From the NCBI GenBank assembly GCA_963842545.1, contig CAWJGR010000030.1:2617-66616 (forward strand): a DNA stretch of 64,000 bases. Direction: 5' to 3'. Below, piece after piece: positions 39,179 through 50,686 of this stretch. Position 1 is the stretch's first letter; the number at the start of each line of letters is the position of its first letter. This DNA comes from Candidatus Bathyarchaeota archaeon. Its GTDB lineage: Archaea > Thermoproteota > Bathyarchaeia > Bathyarchaeales > Bathycorpusculaceae. A program made the position numbers and the translations under genes. The notes beneath the pieces were generated by a model. The model searched no databases. It was given only the letters and a program-made list of their open reading frames with translations, and had not been told where the DNA came from.

Positions 39179-41842
39179 ATGGGTTATAGGAAATCTTAAA
39201 GGATTTTTCAATCCCCAAGCAATTGCCGTTATAGGGGCAAGTGAACGAGCCGATTCCATAGGAACACGAATTCTTTATAACCTGATTGGTTCCTACCAGG
39301 GAAAAATTTTTCCTGTTAATTCCTTTAGGCAAACAGTTCAAGGACTTGTTGCTTATCCAAGCATAGATCGCATTCCCTCCAAAGTAGACCTAGGCAATAA
39401 TAGCTACTCCTGCACATACAGTTCCCCAAACTGTTGAAGAATGTGGAATAGCAGGTGTTTTGAATGTAGTTATCGTTTCAGCTGGTTTTGACGAATGCAG
39501 CAAAACAGGTCAAGAGCTTACCCGCCGAATTCTTGAGCACAAAAAACACTATGGAATGAGAATAATAGGGCCCAACAGCTTTGGCATTATAAGACCAAAT
39601 TCAAATCTATTACGCAACCTTTGCAGAAAAAAAAGCCGTTCCTGGAAAAATCGCGTTCATATCACAAAGCGGAGCATTTTGTGGGTCAGCGTTGGATTGG
39701 TCTGTGGAAACGGAGGTTGGACTAAGCGCAGTTGTCTCACTAGGTCAAACCATTGATGTTAACATTGGCGATTTGATTGAATATTTTGGGAACGACCCTC
39801 AAACACGCATCATAATGCTCTATGCTGAAACAATAAAAAATGCACGGAACTTCATAAGTGCGGCAAGAGGATTTGCAAAATCCAAACCAATCATAATAGT
39901 TAAACCCAGCCGAATTGCTGAAAACCAAAATCTTGCAGCTTCAGAAACCAGCCAACTCCAAGAAGCCATACATGATGCTGCGTTTAGAAGAAGCGGCGTA
40001 GTTCGAGTTGAGACCATAAACGGACTTTTTGATTGTGCCAAAGCTCTGTCGATGCAGCCCAGCCCAACCGTTCCCGACTTAACTATAATAACAAACGCTG
40101 GAGGTCCCGCATTGATGGCTATAGATCAAATAAACAGGCGAGGAGGCAAACTTGCCGAAATAAGCGATTCCACAATTCAAGCATTAAAAAACATTTTACC
40201 ATATTACTGTAGCTTGACAAATCCTATTGATCTACTTGAAGAGTCACCTCCAGAGAGATACAGAAAAGTAATCCAAACCTGCATAGATGATAACTCAAAC
40301 AACAGTATACTCGTAATATATGCGCCCACTGGTTTAACTGACCCTCTGAGCTTAGCTAACATAGTAATAGATTTAGCTAGACAAATAAGGAAAAATATCT
40401 TCGTTTGCCTAATGGGCGAAGACCCAAAATGCCAAGAAGCAAGAAGAGCACTTCATCGAAAAGGTGTCCCAACATTCCGAAGCCCTCAAGAAGCTGTAAG
40501 AACTTTCATGAACATCTACGCCCGCACCCAAAACCTTGAGTTGTTGTACCAAACTCCTGATGAAATAGCTGTAGACCAAACCATCCCAACCCATCTTAAT
40601 GGCTTATTACGATGTGCTTTTAACGAAGGCAGAGAAACTCTAAATCTAATTGAATCTTTCCAATTCTTGGAAGCCTACAAGATACCTACAGTAAAAACGG
40701 TTATCGCTAAAACAACTGACGAATCTGCAGATTTGGCTAAGCAACTTGGCTATCCAGTAACAATAAAACCGCTTAGATATCAATATACCCTCAAACGTGA
40801 AAACCAAACTCTTAGCTTTGATGCTTTTTCTCCTCCTCAACTTAACTTTCAGTTTAACCAATTGGCAGATGAAACAAAAAGTAGCAAAACAGCTGGTCTT
40901 AATGGAGTAGCTATACAACCAAAAGTGCTCAATGCTCCCTGCCAACTGTTTTTAGGATCAAGAAAAGACTCTCAGTTTGGGTCAATAGTTTGTTTGGGAA
41001 CCGGAGGGACTTTGACGGAAAAAGACAGGGAGTTAAGTGTCGGTTTTCCACCTTTAAATCAGGTTCTAGCCCGTCAAATTATGGAAAACGCTAAAGCGCT
41101 TCAATACTGCAAAGATGCCTGTGATAATCAGTTTGAAACTGGACCGATTGAAGAAATTATTATTCGGTTTTCTCAGCTTGTGGTTGATTTTCCTGAGATA
41201 ATAAGAATTGACATTAATCCTATCATAGTTAAAGACGGCAAGACTTACGCAGTTGACGCTCAAATAAAGTTAGATACTGCTAGATTCTTACGCCAAGGTG
41301 CTGAACATCCCGAAAATCTAGTAATTGCTCCCTATCCGAAAAAATATATTACCACACGAACCTTGAAAAATGGTGTGAAAGTGAAACTTCGACCGATAAA
41401 GCCCGAGGATGAAAAACGCTTTGATACTCTCTTCAAATCCCTGTCTGAAGATAGTGTGCGGTTTAGGTTTTTTGAGACCATTAAACAAATGTCCCATGAT
41501 ACTCTGTCTAGGTACTGTAATCTTGACTATGACCGTGAAGTAGCCATAGTTGCCCAGCTTGATGATAGCAGTATTATCGGTGTAGTTAGATTGATCCTTG
41601 ATCCTGAAGGGAGAAATGGGGAATTTGCAGTTATGGTGAGTGATTCGTGGCATGGGTTAGGATTAGGTTCAAAGCTTACGGAATATATCATCGACATAGC
41701 TAAGGACTTAAAACTTGAAATGATTTTCAGTGAAATTAGCCCTGAAAATAAGAAAATGCTTAATTTATGTACTAACAAAGGATTTAAACCAAAATCCTCA
41801 GACAAGTATTCAGTAAACATGATTATGTCGTTATCACCTTAG
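39179..41842 (+). CDS. Acetate-CoA ligase-like/GNAT fusion (Pat-type protein lysine acetyltransferase); frameshifted
   Basis: FFNPQAIAVIGAS, RIIGPNS, TNAGGP, NPIDL, D.QFG, DINP; C-terminal GNAT (RPIKPED..GLGLG). Confidence 0.88.
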
Positions 41843-42156
41843 ATATTTAGATCGTTTAAGAACTTCCAGAATTCCTCAATACACGTAATAACTCTTAATT
41901 CCAAAAAATTAGCTTCAAAACTGCCACTTTCATCAACAGAGCTTCTGAAGAAACCTATCGTATGCGGATACCCATTTTCGAACATTTGATTGTCTACAAC
42001 ATCTGCTAAAATAGTGTGATGTCGATTCTGCTTATTTCTTCTGTCAATAAACTGAACAGTATAGAAAAGGTATTTTCTTCCATCATTTCCAGTGTTAGGA
42101 AAGCTTATTATCCAATCCATTTCTTGGAAATAAAATTTTTTGGATTTTGTTTCCAT
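41839..42156 (-). CDS. Hypothetical protein
   Basis: 105-aa ORF with GGGG upstream. Confidence 0.6.
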   Translation of the reverse strand: METKSKKFYFQEMDWIISFPNTGNDGRKYLFYTVQFIDRRNKQNRHHTILADVVDNQMFENGYPHTIGFFRSSVDESGSFEANFLELRVITCIEEFWKFLNDLNI

Positions 42157-42236
42157 GGAACCCCACTTCGCGGTTAGGTTAGTACAGAACAGTTAATTAA
42201 TCCTAATAAAAAATGGAAAAGAGTGGTAAGGTAGTT

Positions 42237-43648
42237 CTAATTTTTGTCCAGGTTGAATGCTTCATGGATGGCTTTGCACCACTGCCACTCCATCTTTCTC
42301 TTTAACTACGAATGAAATGTTTAGTTCGGAGCTGCCTTGCGCTATCATTCGGATGTTTATTCCTTTTTTAGCTACAACGGAAAAGATCTTTGATGCAACG
42401 CCCAGAGTGCCTTTCATGTTTGCGCCCATAACTGCGATCACAGCAACATCGTCTTCTGCCGAAACTTCGTTGACAATACCGCCTCTTTCTAATAATGCGA
42501 TTTCCAGGTTGCTAATTGCCCTGCCTAATAAACTGCGTTTAATTATCATAGAGATGTTTGCTTCTGAAGCTGCAGTGGAAATCATCATGACATTTATGTT
42601 GTTTTTTCCGAGTATGTCGAAGACTCTTGCGTAGCTTCCTGGTGCACCTACCATTCCTGCTCCGTTAACGTTTAGCATGGCCACATCCTTAATCATGGCT
42701 ACTGCCTTTACTGCTTCTGTAACTTTGGCGTTTGGTTCTTTAGTTATTAGTGTCCCGGGGTTTTCAGGGTGAAAGATGCTGCGTATTCGAACTGGAATAT
42801 TTTCTCTGATGGCTGGTCCTAAAGCTCGGGGATGCATGGCTTTTGCCCCGAAAATCGCCATCTCCGCGGCTTCTTGATAACTGAGTTGCGGAAGCATCTT
42901 TGCAGATGGAACGATTTTGGGATCGGTAGTCATTATTCCGTCGACATCCGTCCATATCCAGACCTCATCAACTTTCAATGCCATACCCAATATGGCTGCG
43001 GTATAATCAGAGCCACCTCGACCAACAGTTGTGACAATGCCATCCTGATTTGCTGCAATAAAACCTGTTACAACAGGAATAATGTTCTTCTCAAGCAGTG
43101 GTTCCAATCGTTCACGCACTAAATGAGTAGTGAAGTTCATAAGTGGGTCAGCTTCACCAAAATTCGAATCCGTAACAATTCCAGCTTCCTTGCCCGTAAA
43201 ACACTGGGCTTCGGCTTTATGATCCTTTATCGCTCCCCAAATGATAGGTGCAGACAACCGCTCCCCAAAGGACACAACAAAATCTTTGGATTTTGGCGTC
43301 AATTCGCCAACGTAGCATATTCCTGTTAAAACTTTTTCAAGTTCCTCAATGGTTTTTTTGGTTATTTGTGTAACGTCTTTTTGGATTTGCTTGCATTGTT
43401 ATGGCAGTTGAAATAGCGTCAATGTGTTTTTTGAGCAGTTCTTTTGTGAAGGTTTGGAGAGCTTTTTCGTTGCTTTTTTTGGCTTGGCAAGCAATTTCAA
43501 GGAGGTTATTCGTAACGCCTGCCAATGCCGAAACAACCACAACTACATTACAATCTTTCTTAGCATATTTGGTAACTAAATCAGCAACATGACGTATATT
43601 TTCGCCTGTGCCAACGCTGGTACCGCCGAACTTCATTACTAATTTCAT
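42237..43648 (-). CDS. lysC: Aspartate kinase; frameshifted
   Basis: MKFGGTSVG, VVSA, SFGERLS, GRGGSDY, WTDVDG, two ACT domains. Confidence 0.93.
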
Positions 43649-43667
43649 TTCTATGACTCTCGAGTTA

Positions 43668-44696
43668 CTATTTAGCATTCGGTTTGCTAACTTATGTCTT
43701 ATGTCTAAGAGGTCTCTTAAAACTGCACTGGCAGTTTCAATTCCGCCTGCACCTCTACCGACGAGTGTTTGTTCACCTGCAAATTCGGTTGAGAAGGTTA
43801 TTGCATTTAGGACTCCGCTGACGCATAACGGATTGTTTTTCGGAATTTCCGTTGGCTTTACCGTTGCTTTGTCTCCTTCTATGGAGCCGATAAGTTTGAT
43901 AGTGTTGCCCCTCTTTGAAGCTTCATCAAGCGCTTCCAAAGATACGTCCCGGATACCTGTTCTATCCACATCTTTTAAGGTTATTTTCTTGTTCAATATC
44001 CAGTTCGCCAAAATAACTACTTTGCAGGCTGTATCAAATCCGTCAATATCCATTGATGGCTCTCTTTCGGCATAACCAAGCTTTTGTGCATTCGTAAGTG
44101 CATCTTGGAAGGTCACGCGGTTTTGAGACATTTCAGTTAAGTATGTAGTTGGTTGTACCGTTTAATATCCCTCGTATCGCAAGATTTTGTCTCCTGCGAG
44201 ACATCGTTTGGCGAACTCTAAGCATAGGTGTTCCACCGCCGACTGTACCACTAAATCGCAGGTAAACGTTGTTGTATTCAGCGAGTTCTGTAAGCGCTGG
44301 CATGGCTAAGGCTAATGGTCCCTTGTTGGTTGTCACAACATGTTTACCTGTTTTGAACGCTTTAGTAATGTGGGATATGGCTGGTTCAGCATTTTTGATG
44401 TTAACTGGCGTGACTTCAACGACTACTTCTGCCTCAACCGACTCGATAACATCTAAAGCTGGTATTCCTGGGCGTCCAAAATCAGGGTCTGCAGATATTG
44501 GATAACCCCGTTGCTTAATCGCTTCAAGTTTTTCAGGGCTTAGACCTCTTGGGTTAATGACCGCGCCATCTATGTCGGCGATGGCAACGATTTTTGGGTT
44601 AAATCCATAATCCTTAACCTTTTCAACATATCTGCGAGCAAGTATGGTAGTTACACCTTTTCCAACTACGCCATAACCAACTAAAATAATCCTCAT
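43668..44696 (-). CDS. hom: Homoserine dehydrogenase; frameshifted
   Basis: GYGVVG, TTNKGP, GTVGGGTP, GILNGTTNYIL, GRGAGGIETA. Confidence 0.93.
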
Positions 44697-44697
44697 A

Positions 44698-45951
44698 TCA
44701 AATCACCGTGCAAGAATTACTTGTTGTTTTTAAACCCAAAGCATCTTCAATTGCTGAGATATCTGCGTCAACTTCGATTGGTTTCTCACTCATCTTAACC
44801 GCAGTATCAGGGTCCTTGAGTCCATGCCCAGTGGTAACACAGACAACCCGCTCATCCTTGCTGATGACGCCGCTTTTGACGAGTTTCTTTAAGCCAGCGA
44901 TGGATGAGGCGCTTGCAGGCTCCACAAATATGCCTTCGATTCGTGCGAGGATTTTTTGAGCATCCAAGATTTCCTCATCAGTAACAGTTTCTGCAGTACC
45001 TTGAGATTCGTGGATGGCGTTGACAGCTTTCTTCCAGCTTACTGGTGCGCCGATGCGAATAGCAGTTGCTACTGTTTCAGGGTTTGCAACAGGGATGATT
45101 TTGTCGCTATTAGTTTTAATCGCTTGTACAATGGGGGCAGAGCCTGCAGCTTGTATACCCGTCATTTTGGGCAGCGTTTTAATGTAGCCAAGCTGGTGGA
45201 ATTCAGTTAAGCCTTTCCAGATGGCGCTTATGTTTCCAGCGTTGCCAACTGGCACAATTATGCGGTCTGGAGCATCATCGTTTAGTTGCTCACAGATTTC
45301 ATACCCTAATGATTTTTGTCCTTCAATACGGAAAGGATTAATTGAGTTTAACAGGTAAATGCTCTTGTGTTTCTCGGCAAGCTTCAGAACAAACTCTAAG
45401 GCTTCATCAAAGTTTCCTCTGACTTGGAGGACTTTGGCGCCGTGAATCATGGCTTGCGAGAGTTTGCCATACGCAATTTTTCCTGAAGGAATCAAAACAG
45501 TGCATTTTATACCTGCTCTTGCTGCATAAGCTGCTAAGCTGGCTGAGGTATTGCCTGTTGAAGCACAGATCACATGTCTTGCGCCAAGCTCAACGGCTTT
45601 GGTTACGCCAACCGTCATACCTCTGTCTTTGAAGCTGCCTGTGGGGTTTTCACCTTCATTTTTGACATAGAGATTTTTAAGTCCAAGTTCTGCGCCTAAA
45701 CGTTCTGAGCGATGCAGCCCTGTACCGCCTTCATTTAAGGTTACAACTTTTGTGGTTTCGTGGATAGGCATGAAGTCCCGGTAACGCCAAACTGAGAGTG
45801 GTTTGTTCATCCAGCCGCTTTCTTTGAGTGTTTCGGCTAACTCTTTGAAGTCAAACTTTATTTCTAGAATGTCTCCGCATTTTTTGCAGAAGTAAACTAT
45901 CTCATCTATACCGTATGTTGTTTTGCAGTTTATGCATTCTTGATGTGACAT
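44698..45951 (-). CDS. thrC: Threonine synthase
   Basis: NPTGSFKDRG, ASTGNTS, PVGNAGN, EPASA, TGHGLKDP. Confidence 0.96.
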   Translation of the reverse strand: MSHQECINCKTTYGIDEIVYFCKKCGDILEIKFDFKELAETLKESGWMNKPLSVWRYRDFMPIHETTKVVTLNEGGTGLHRSERLGAELGLKNLYVKNEGENPTGSFKDRGMTVGVTKAVELGARHVICASTGNTSASLAAYAARAGIKCTVLIPSGKIAYGKLSQAMIHGAKVLQVRGNFDEALEFVLKLAEKHKSIYLLNSINPFRIEGQKSLGYEICEQLNDDAPDRIIVPVGNAGNISAIWKGLTEFHQLGYIKTLPKMTGIQAAGSAPIVQAIKTNSDKIIPVANPETVATAIRIGAPVSWKKAVNAIHESQGTAETVTDEEILDAQKILARIEGIFVEPASASSIAGLKKLVKSGVISKDERVVCVTTGHGLKDPDTAVKMSEKPIEVDADISAIEDALGLKTTSNSCTVI

Positions 45952-46044
45952 ATCTTTTTTCGTCTCCACTTGGCAAGGGCTTTTACAGATTAACACGAAA
46001 TACTAGACTGTAACATTATTAATTTTATTGCTTCTAATTTTCTC

Positions 46045-46623
46045 TTAACCCACCAAGTTTGAAAGAACCTCGTAAGTTTTGAGGCTATCTTTCTTTTCGA
46101 CTACCATGATGGTTTCTGTCCAACAAGAAATGAACTCGATAATGTTCACGTTTTGCTCAGCCAACAAGGTTGCTAGGAATGCGACAACTCCCGGTGTAGC
46201 TTCCAATTCCTCAGGCGAGTGAACAACAATCATTGTGCAATTGTCATGTTTAACTAGCGTGGATATGCGTTCCGGCAATTCGCTTCTGTCAAGCAAGTAA
46301 ACAAATTTTCCCAACAAATCTACCTTCATTCCTGTTTGTGAGGGCAACTCTTTGCTTGTAATCATGACGGATTTCCGGTCGTAAACAGCTATGTTGCTGC
46401 GTTTGAGAAGTTGGAGAACTTTTTCCTCCCTTTTCTGCTTGTGTTTTTGAAGTTCTTCTGAGTATCGACGCAAAGCAGCTTTTATTGCGCTCGTGTCGCT
46501 GGTTTTTAGTTCTTTCTGAATTTGCCTTGAAAGCTCACTTAGGTTTACTATACCTTTCTCTAAGGCTTCAAGTAGGTAAGGTTTGTTTCGCAGGTGGGTT
46601 CTAACGTTTTGAGCTACAGTCAT
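46045..46623 (-). CDS. ACT-domain regulatory protein
   Basis: GIVNLSELSR..ALRR; TPGVVAF..NIIEFISCWTE. Confidence 0.85.
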   Translation of the reverse strand: MTVAQNVRTHLRNKPYLLEALEKGIVNLSELSRQIQKELKTSDTSAIKAALRRYSEELQKHKQKREEKVLQLLKRSNIAVYDRKSVMITSKELPSQTGMKVDLLGKFVYLLDRSELPERISTLVKHDNCTMIVVHSPEELEATPGVVAFLATLLAEQNVNIIEFISCWTETIMVVEKKDSLKTYEVLSNLVG

Positions 46624-46650
46624 GGCGTTCTTTGAATGTATCAAATGGGA

Positions 46651-46697
46651 CATTTAAAGCTTGTTAAGTAACAAAAAAGTCACAAGGTTTAAAAATA
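46651..46697. promoter_or_regulatory. Divergent TATA boxes (ACT gene / argG operon)
   Basis: Minus strand AAGCTTTAAATG; plus strand AAGGTTTAAAAA. Confidence 0.45.
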
Positions 46698-46750
46698 CAG
46701 CGCTCAAGGTAAGGGAAACAATTTAAAATAAAAAATGGGGGAGCAAACAC

Positions 46751-47969
46751 ATAACCGATAAATTTGTATTAGCATACTCAGGCGGATTAGACACATCCGT
46801 GTTAATCAAGTACCTCCAAGAAAAATGTAACGCACAAGTAATTACAGTAACAGTTGACGTTGGCCAACAAGAAGATATCCAAGCGGCTGAGGAAAAAGCA
46901 AAAAAACTCGGCGTGATCAAGCATTTCTCAATTGATGCCAAAGACGAGTTCGCCAAAGAATACATTTTCCCTGCAATCAAAGCCAATGCGCTCTACGAAG
47001 GCAAATACCCAATCAGCACAAGCTTATCTAGACCATTAATCGCCAAAAAAATGGTTGAAATCGCCGAAAAAGAAGGCGCATCAGGCTTAGTTCATGGGTG
47101 CACGGGAAGAGGAAACGACCAAGTACAGATTCGACGTTACACTTGGTGCATTAGCTCCAGAAATGAAAATTATTGCTCCCGTGCGTGAGTGGGGTTTAAC
47201 TCGCGACGAGGAAATCGCTTATGCAAAAGCCAAAGGAATCCCGGTTTCAAGTTCAGCTAAAAAATACAGCATAGACGCAAGCGTTTGGGGACGAGCCATC
47301 GAATGTGGCTTACTTGAAGATGCTAGTCAAGCGCCTCCAGACGATGCTTATGAATGGACCGTTGCTCCTGAAAAAGCCCCAGATAAGGCAGAGATAGTTA
47401 CAATCCAGTTTGAAGCTGGAGTGCCCGTTGCGGTAAATGAAAAAAAATTGGCACCGCTCGCACTAATTGAAGAAGTTAATAAAATTGCAGGTCGAAACGG
47501 TGTTGGCCGTATTGACCACATCGAAGACCGTATAGTTGGGTTGAAATCTCGTGAAGTTTATGAATGCCCTGCTGCAACAGTGATTTTGGAAGCCCACAAA
47601 GACCTTGAGAAAATGGTCATGACTCGACATGAGGTTCTCTTTAAGCAGCAAATCGATGCAGAATGGGTGTTTTTAGCCTACGCTGGATTGTGGGTTGACC
47701 CCTTAAAAGATGACTTGGATGCTTTCATCAATAAGTCCCAAGAAAACGTCACAGGCGAAGTTAAACTAAAACTATACAAAGGCAGTCTGCAAGTTATTGG
47801 ACGTAGCTCCCCAAACTCACTCTACGACAAAAACCTAGCCAACTACAACATCAAATCCAGTTTCAACCAATCCTACAGCAAAGGCTTCATCGAACTCTGG
47901 GGCTTGCAAACAAGAATGTACAACTCTCTAAAGAAGGCAAGCAAGAACCCCAAGGCAAAGAAAACCTAA
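46751..47969 (+). CDS. argG: Argininosuccinate synthase; frameshifted
   Basis: [35 protein letters not shown]. Confidence 0.95.
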
Positions 47970-48018
47970 TTTTCCTTTAAAGAGATAAATTGGTTGGAGA
48001 GCGAAAGAAACGTCAAAG

Positions 48019-49523
48019 ATGCTTCATGGAGGAAGATTGGGCATTGTCAGAGAAGACATTGCAAAGTTTACCTCCTCACGAAAAGATGACGCACGCTTAG
48101 CTGATGCTGTTTTAGCCATCAACAAAGCTCACGTTGTTATGCTCATGGAACAGGAAATTATTCATTGGCAAGATGGAGCAAAAATTCTTTCAGCCCTCCA
48201 AAAACAAGATAACCAAAAACTCGACCCCTAATGCTGAAGACGTACACATGGCGGTGGAGGAAGCTGTTTTGGCTGAGACGGGTCCTGAGGTAGGCGGAAA
48301 CCTGCATATTGCCAAAAGCAGAAACGACCAAGTTACGACCGCTATCCGTATGGCGCTACGTAGAGAAATTCTCAATATCATCCAGCAGGCAATAGACATG
48401 CAGGAAAGTCTCCTAACAACCGCCAGCAAACACACTGAAACAATCATCTTAGCTTACACTCATTTGCAACCAGCCCAACCAGTCACCTTCGCACACTATT
48501 TACTCTCACACATTAACGGATTGGGACGCGACGTACAAAGATTTCAAGATGTTTACGAGCGCATTAATCTCTGCCCTCTTGGTGCTGGGGCATTAGCAAC
48601 TACAAGCTTTTGTATAAACCGGAAAACCACCGCTAAACTCTTAGGCTTCGACGCAGTTTTAGAGAATTCCATTGATGCAGTTGGCAGCCGAGACTTCATT
48701 CTTGAAACCCAATCCGCATTAACTTTACTTGCAGTGAACCTGAGCCGTTTAGCTGAGGATCTGATAATTTGGAGTTCACCCGAGTTTGGCACAGTTGAGT
48801 TGCCTGACGAATTCACATCAACTAGTAGCATCATGCCTCAAAAGAAGAATCCCGAAGTTCTCGAAGTTATCCGTGCAAGAGCCAGCCATGCTTTGGGAGA
48901 TTTTGTAGCTTCAGCTGCTGCCCTCAAAAGTTTGCCATCAACCTATAACCTTGATTTTCAAGAGATAACACCCAAGCTTTGGGCATCAACCGACAACCTT
49001 AGCGGCTTCTTTGAGTATATTCATGAAGCTAATTCCTAATTTGAAAGTATCATCAAACATTGAAGGCAAAGCTGCAGCAGGATTCGTGGGGCAACTGAAC
49101 TAGCCAACATGCTTGTGCGCAAATACAACGTTGCTTTCCGAACCTCTCACAAGATAATCGGAGCATTAGTCAAAGCATTGATTGATTCAAAACAGACTCT
49201 ACTCGATGCCACACCTGAAATGCTCCAGAAAATAGCTCAGGAAACCGCACGAAATCAAATTAACAGTCAAAAAAGCAGACATAGTTGAATGCACAAATCC
49301 CAGCAAACTAATCGAAACCTATAAAGTACAAGGTGGTCCATCACCCGCAGAGGTTGAAAGAGCAATCACATCAACAAACAAAACCATGACACAGACAAAA
49401 GCCAACATAAACAAACTCAAAGACAACCTTGTTAACGCAGAAAACTCCCTTAACTCGACAGTGAAATCATACTCTCAAGTAGACTCTTCCAAAAACGGAA
49501 GACTTAAAAATTCAAAGTTATAG
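48019..49523 (+). CDS. argH: Argininosuccinate lyase; frameshifted
   Basis: SRNDQ, YTHLQPAQP, SSIMPQKKNPE; continues to a TAG at about 49523. Confidence 0.93.
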
Positions 49524-49536
49524 GTTGAATAGGGCT

Positions 49537-50685
49537 TTGGTCCCACAATATAGCACGTCCAGCAAAAATAAAAAAGCAATATCTGCTTCTTGAAGACGGA
49601 ACGTCATTTATTGGCAATGGTTTTGGAGCAACAGGAAAAATCTCTGGCGAAGTTGTTTTTTCAACCCAAATGGTTGGCTATCCTGAAGCACTGACTGATC
49701 CGTCGTATAAAGGGCAAGTTCTCACTTTCACTTATCCAATGGTAGGAAACTATGGCGTTCCATCCAACGAATTAAACCTTGGGCTGCCACTTTATTTCGA
49801 ATCCGACCATATACAGGTCCAAGGACTCGTCATCCATGAACTATGCCATGAACCGTTCCATTGGGCATCAACAAAAACCCTTGACAAGTGGCTCGAAGAC
49901 GAAGGTGTTCCAGGCATATACGGCGTAGACACCCGACGCTTAACTAAGAAACTTCGAACCCACGGAGTAATGCTGGGGATATTGCAGGTTTTTGAATGCA
50001 GGCGAAGAACCAGATTTAGGCGCGATTTTAAAAAACGGCAAAAACATCGCTGACCCTAACCAGACTGATCTTGTTAAAGGAAGTTTCTGTTAAAAAACCC
50101 GTAAAGTACAACGTTGAGGGCAAAAAAACTGTTGTTCTAATCGACTGCGGAGTCAAATACAGCATCATCCGTAACCTCCTCAAACGGGGAATAAACGTCG
50201 TCCGAGTGCCTTATGACACGCCAGCCAGCGAAATCATGTGTTATAACCCCGATGGCGTTTTCTTGAGCAACGGTCCAGGCGACCCAAAGAAATGCACCAA
50301 AACCATCGATGCCATCCGAGAATTAAGTGAGAAGGTTCCAGTGATGGGTATCTGTCTTGGCGCTCAAATCCTCTCGCTCGCGTTGGGCGGAGACACCTAC
50401 AAGCTAAAATTCGGTCACCGCGCCCAAAACCAGCCTGCTCTTGATTTGAATAACAACCGCTGCTACATCACCACTCAGAATCACGGTTATGCCATAAACA
50501 TGGATTCCCTAAAGACCACGCCGCTTGAACCTTGGTTTATAAACCCCAACGATAAAACCACCGAAGGTATCCGCCACAAAAACAAACCCGTTTTTGCCGT
50601 ACAGTGGCATCCAGAAGCTTCACCAGGACCATACGATACCGAGTTGCTATTTGACAAGTTCGCTAAAACCTTGGAGGCGCCATAG
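49537..50685 (+). CDS. carA: Carbamoyl-phosphate synthase small subunit; frameshifted
   Basis: LEDG, GY.E.LTDPSY.GQ, SNGPGDP, GICLG, QNHG, QWHPEASPGP. Confidence 0.95.
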
Positions 50686-50686
50686 C

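Noticed and set aside
43346-44131. Apparent homoserine dehydrogenase-aspartate kinase fusion (reverse order of ThrA)
   Set aside because: Adding one A at ATG CTA AAT AGT AAC gives ATG CTA AAA TAG TAA, a tandem stop just before the kinase ATG, in an indel-rich region; most likely an artefact.
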